From NCBI GenBank assembly GCA_051961955.1, contig JBQCCT010000071.1, forward strand, positions 1-37,039: a stretch of 37,039 nucleotides of DNA. The letters are read 5' to 3'. The stretch comes from Solirubrobacterales bacterium (GTDB taxonomy: Bacteria; Actinomycetota; Thermoleophilia; Solirubrobacterales; 70-9). The first letter of the stretch is position 1, and the number at the start of each line of letters is the position of its first letter. The translations under genes and the position numbers were made by a program. Under the pieces are notes generated by a model that worked only from the letters and a program-made list of their open reading frames with translations, was not told the DNA's origin and ran no database searches. This document shows, piece by piece, positions 34,193-37,039 of this stretch.

Positions 34193-37039
34193 CTAGGGCT
34201 TCCACTTCACAATGTGGAGCGGTTCTTTGTCTTCCAGCGCTTGCAACGTTCCCGGGGCCGAGGGGTAGGCCGGCAGAGGCATCAGGGGCGTAAAGTAACT
34301 TTCGGCTTCTATTTCGTTGCCAGCCGTAAGCGTTCCCAGGGCAAGCCCGGTTCCACGCTCCCAGATCGGACCACCACTGTCGCCCCCTTTTGAATTGATT
34401 GCGAACGGAACCGTCGTCAGAATCGGGTTTCCGTCTCCGTGCTCTTCTCCCCAGCGCCGCGTATCTGGAGGCCACTGCATCGCTCCACACTTACTGTGGC
34501 CACGGGTAGAGCCCGCCACGCATACAACCATTCCCTCCTTGGGAGTGGTCACCCCCATGATTCTGATGTCCTGATCTGGCGACCAACGGATCACCCGTGG
34601 CACCATAGCCGGATCTTCTAGACGAATCGCCTCGCCGTCAGTCCCGTATCCCGATTCGTGGGCAACCATGGCGCTCCGTCGCACGTAACCGATCGTTCGT
34701 TCCCAGCAGCCTTCCAGACTTTCGTTTAGCGGGCAGTTGAACTGGTATACCCGGTCGCCGGATAGATAACAGTGACCAGCCGTTAGAAGGAAGCGCCTGT
34801 AGATAGCCGATCCGTCGGGGTTTTGCCCGCCTTTGTCCCAAGCGCCAAAACCAGCCGAACAAGCGGTGGAACCGCGCCCCCAGAGGCGCGTTGCGGCTTT
34901 GACCGCTCCGGTTGGTTCGCCCCAGGCCGAAGTTGACTTAAAGGTGGCCGCTTCGCTCTGCAGATAGACGTGGATCGGTTCTGATCCAAACAGAGCTTCG
35001 AGTTGTTGTGTCACTTCGGCTACGTTCGTAGCGCCGACGTCCACGCGGTTCTGTTCGACGTTGATCTGCACATCAACCAGCCCAGGAATTGAACCTGCAT
35101 CGGCGAGCACCGACCTTTCCAACGATTCCAGAGAACTCAACGAATGAGTTGGGAAACTCGGGAACGGGTGAATGCGGTTAGGTGCAATCAGCCCGCTCGC
35201 TTCCTGAAGCGCCGCCACTGTTTTCGCCTGGGCGGCGGTGAAGCCAACGTAGATGAGTCCTCCATCTCGGTGGCTCACATAGTACCCGGCGTAAACGGAA
35301 ATCGCCCCATTCGCTTCAACCCATTTAGGAATGGCCGTGGCCGCCTGATCGATGTACCTTTCCCTGTATTCCATCTCCGCCGCGTCGACCGCGCGAAGCG
35401 GAACGCCCCAAGTTTCGGAAGTCGCCCGCGCCACTTCCCCCGCCGGCGTCTGCGGGTTGTACCAGTCGCCGATCAGGTTGAAGATCCGTTCGTCGATCGC
35501 GATCTCGTTGCCTTTGAGGTCGAGGTCGAGGCCGAATTCTTCCCTGAACTTGGCGACTTCTTCGAAGGTCGGCGGTTCGGGCGCTTCCGGGTTCGGCGGC
35601 GGCGTGTAGGGGATGTTGACCCAGAATCGCGAGCTTTCCGTGTTGCCCCAGCGGTCCTTGACGATCACTTCGAGCTGGAGGATGCCGGGTGGCCAGTTGC
35701 CGGTGTTGGTCACCCAGGGGTCTTCGAAGGTTTTGCAGTTCGTCGTTTCGGTCACTTCGCAGGTCTTTTCGTCGACAAGCTGGTTGCCGTTGGCGACGAT
35801 CTTGATCGAAGCGATCCCGGGTTCCGCCGAATGGGCTTGGACCAAGAGCTCGTAGTCCCCCGCTTCGATCGGCGTCGCGGTTTCCTTGTTCGCGTAGAGG
35901 CTGCCCGAGAGGTTCTCGATTTCCGGGGCGAGCTGCGTGTTCCACCACTTGAGCACGGAGCCGTCGGGGGCGATGTCGTAGACGGTCGCCAGTTCCCCTT
36001 CTGGCGAGACCGTGGTCCGCTTCGGTTCGGTTTTGTATTTGAAGGTCGTGGTCTTGGCTTTGGCGCCTTCGACCGAGACGCTCACCGATTCGACTCGGCC
36101 GTAGGCTTCGTATTTGACTTCCCCCCAGGTGCCGTTGGGAAGCGTGACTTTGGTCAGGCGTTGCTGGGAGTCGTAGGTGTATTCGGTTTTGCCCCGTGAT
36201 CCGCTGACGGAGGTGAGCAGCTGGCCCTGGTGGGAATAGGTGGTGGCTCCGGCCTTTTCCCCTTCGACGCTGGTGACGAGGCCGGAGGACGTTTTGACCG
36301 CGACGGCGGGATCGGGTTCGACCGGGGCGGTCGCCGTGCTCGGCGCGGTGCTTCGAGCCACCCACCTCTCGATCCGGTTGTTGCCGGGATCCGTCACCCG
36401 GATGTTGCCGTTTGCTTCGATTGCCACACCGGCCGGGTCGCTGAGGCTGAACTGGCCCGTCCCGGCGCCGCTCGAGCCGAACTTGCTGACGTATTTGCCC
36501 GCTTCGGAGAGCTCCTGGACGCGCCCGTTGCCCTGGTCGGCGACGAAGACGTTGCCTTCGGCGTCGGTCTCGATCGCGTCGGGGTGTTTGAATTCGCCGT
36601 TGCCCGTCCCTTCTTTGCCCACCGTGCGTTTGTAGGCGTAGGAAGAGGTCCACTCCTCGATCCGGTTGTTCCCGGTGTCGGCGACCCAGAGGTAGCCGTT
36701 GGGGGCGGTGGCGATCGCGGTCGGTTCTTTCAACTGGCCTTCGCCTGAGCCCAGCGAGCCGAAGTGGGTGAGCAGTTCGCCGTTCGTGTTGAACTTCTCG
36801 ACCCGGTTGTCGGTCTTCTCGACGACGAAGAAGTTGCCGCCGCCGCTGGTCGTGATCCCGATCGGCGCTGCCATCAGGCCTTCGGCTGAGCCGGTGCTGC
36901 CGGCCTGGCAGACGTTGCCTGAGGAGGCGGTGCAGTGGTTCTTTTCGGCCAGGGTGCCGCCGGATTCGACCTTGGTCTTGTTGACGTTGGCGCCGACCGC
37001 GGAGACGAATTCCCCTTTTTCGTTGAAGCGCACGACGCG
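34193..37039 (-). CDS. Large secreted multidomain protein, 5'-truncated by the window edge: NHL repeats, YD repeats, Ig-like region, alpha-lytic-type pro-region and S1 (chymotrypsin-fold) serine peptidase
   Basis: NHL blades (GSGEGQLKEPTAIA...WVADTGNNRIEEW and two more). YD repeat TEYTYDSQQRLTKVTLPNG. Catalytic LLTAGHC (His) and KGGDSGGP (Ser) are at the C-terminus. The ORF is open to the end of the window. Confidence 0.8.
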   Translation of the reverse strand, partial: RVVRFNEKGEFVSAVGANVNKTKVESGGTLAEKNHCTASSGNVCQAGSTGSAEGLMAAPIGITTSGGGNFFVVEKTDNRVEKFNTNGELLTHFGSLGSGEGQLKEPTAIATAPNGYLWVADTGNNRIEEWTSSYAYKRTVGKEGTGNGEFKHPDAIETDAEGNVFVADQGNGRVQELSEAGKYVSKFGSSGAGTGQFSLSDPAGVAIEANGNIRVTDPGNNRIERWVARSTAPSTATAPVEPDPAVAVKTSSGLVTSVEGEKAGATTYSHQGQLLTSVSGSRGKTEYTYDSQQRLTKVTLPNGTWGEVKYEAYGRVESVSVSVEGAKAKTTTFKYKTEPKRTTVSPEGELATVYDIAPDGSVLKWWNTQLAPEIENLSGSLYANKETATPIEAGDYELLVQAHSAEPGIASIKIVANGNQLVDEKTCEVTETTNCKTFEDPWVTNTGNWPPGILQLEVIVKDRWGNTESSRFWVNIPYTPPPNPEAPEPPTFEEVAKFREEFGLDLDLKGNEIAIDERIFNLIGDWYNPQTPAGEVARATSETWGVPLRAVDAAEMEYRERYIDQAATAIPKWVEANGAISVYAGYYVSHRDGGLIYVGFTAAQAKTVAALQEASGLIAPNRIHPFPSFPTHSLSSLESLERSVLADAGSIPGLVDVQINVEQNRVDVGATNVAEVTQQLEALFGSEPIHVYLQSEAATFKSTSAWGEPTGAVKAATRLWGRGSTACSAGFGAWDKGGQNPDGSAIYRRFLLTAGHCYLSGDRVYQFNCPLNESLEGCWERTIGYVRRSAMVAHESGYGTDGEAIRLEDPAMVPRVIRWSPDQDIRIMGVTTPKEGMVVCVAGSTRGHSKCGAMQWPPDTRRWGEEHGDGNPILTTVPFAINSKGGDSGGPIWERGTGLALGTLTAGNEIEAESYFTPLMPLPAYPSAPGTLQALEDKEPLHIVKWKP

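Noticed and set aside
35144-36748. 351-aa plus, 442-aa minus (other frame) and 172-aa plus ORFs within the megaprotein gene
   Set aside because: The 946-aa frame has NHL, YD and S1 protease motifs. The others are Arg/Gly/Asp-rich shadows.
1-37039. Searched by eye for CRISPR arrays, tRNA/rRNA genes, integrase, transposase or IS termini
   Set aside because: I saw no regularly spaced repeat array, no cloverleaf-like or rRNA-like segment, and no ORF with tyrosine/serine recombinase or DDE motifs. Their absence cannot be proven without tRNAscan, Infernal or HMM searches.

Overview
This is a high-GC chromosomal segment, Actinomycetota-like and possibly Thermoleophilia-type; the taxon is inference only. 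It carries about 40 genes. I saw no rRNA, tRNA, CRISPR array, integrase or transposase.

Positions 1-24.2 kb look like ordinary core or accessory metabolism:
- a PAP2 membrane protein, a GT4 glycosyltransferase, a phosphodiester glycosidase, an LLM oxidoreductase and an SGNH lipase
- a methyltransferase/DUF2867 divergent pair
- a methyltransferase-AraC-VOC-DUF1801 operon
- a disrupted alpha/beta-hydrolase-LuxR gene, a lower-GC orphan histidine kinase and a baeRF-like protein
- a Liv-type ABC importer with a fused permease-ATPase, linked to a Rieske oxygenase, a GntR regulator and a solute-binding lipoprotein
- a cupin, a secreted beta-helix protein, a PF03640-like lipoprotein with a membrane partner, and a RibD_C/DHFR-like protein

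From about 24.3 to 34.2 kb the composition visibly drops in GC and the content becomes accessory.

The key object is a 6.9-kb cassette (25465-32389) bounded by a perfect 18-bp direct repeat. It holds a ParE/RHH toxin-antitoxin pair. Divergently from that pair lies a tightly coupled operon encoding:
- a small basic CxxC protein
- an SPPY-type DNA methyltransferase
- an unknown 275-aa protein
- a Cas4-like PD-(D/E)XK nuclease with a C...CX2CX5C Fe-S signature
- an unknown 472-aa protein
- a compact SF1 (Upf1/DNA2-like) helicase

I cannot map this gene set onto any named restriction-modification or defence system from memory. It is the best candidate for an undescribed modification-linked defence system.

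The cassette has three notable neighbours: an NDK-fold protein with an unknown C-terminal domain, a decayed paralog fragment, and a 3'-complete, 5'-truncated NHL/YD-repeat/S1-protease megaprotein with a small secreted beta-sandwich partner.
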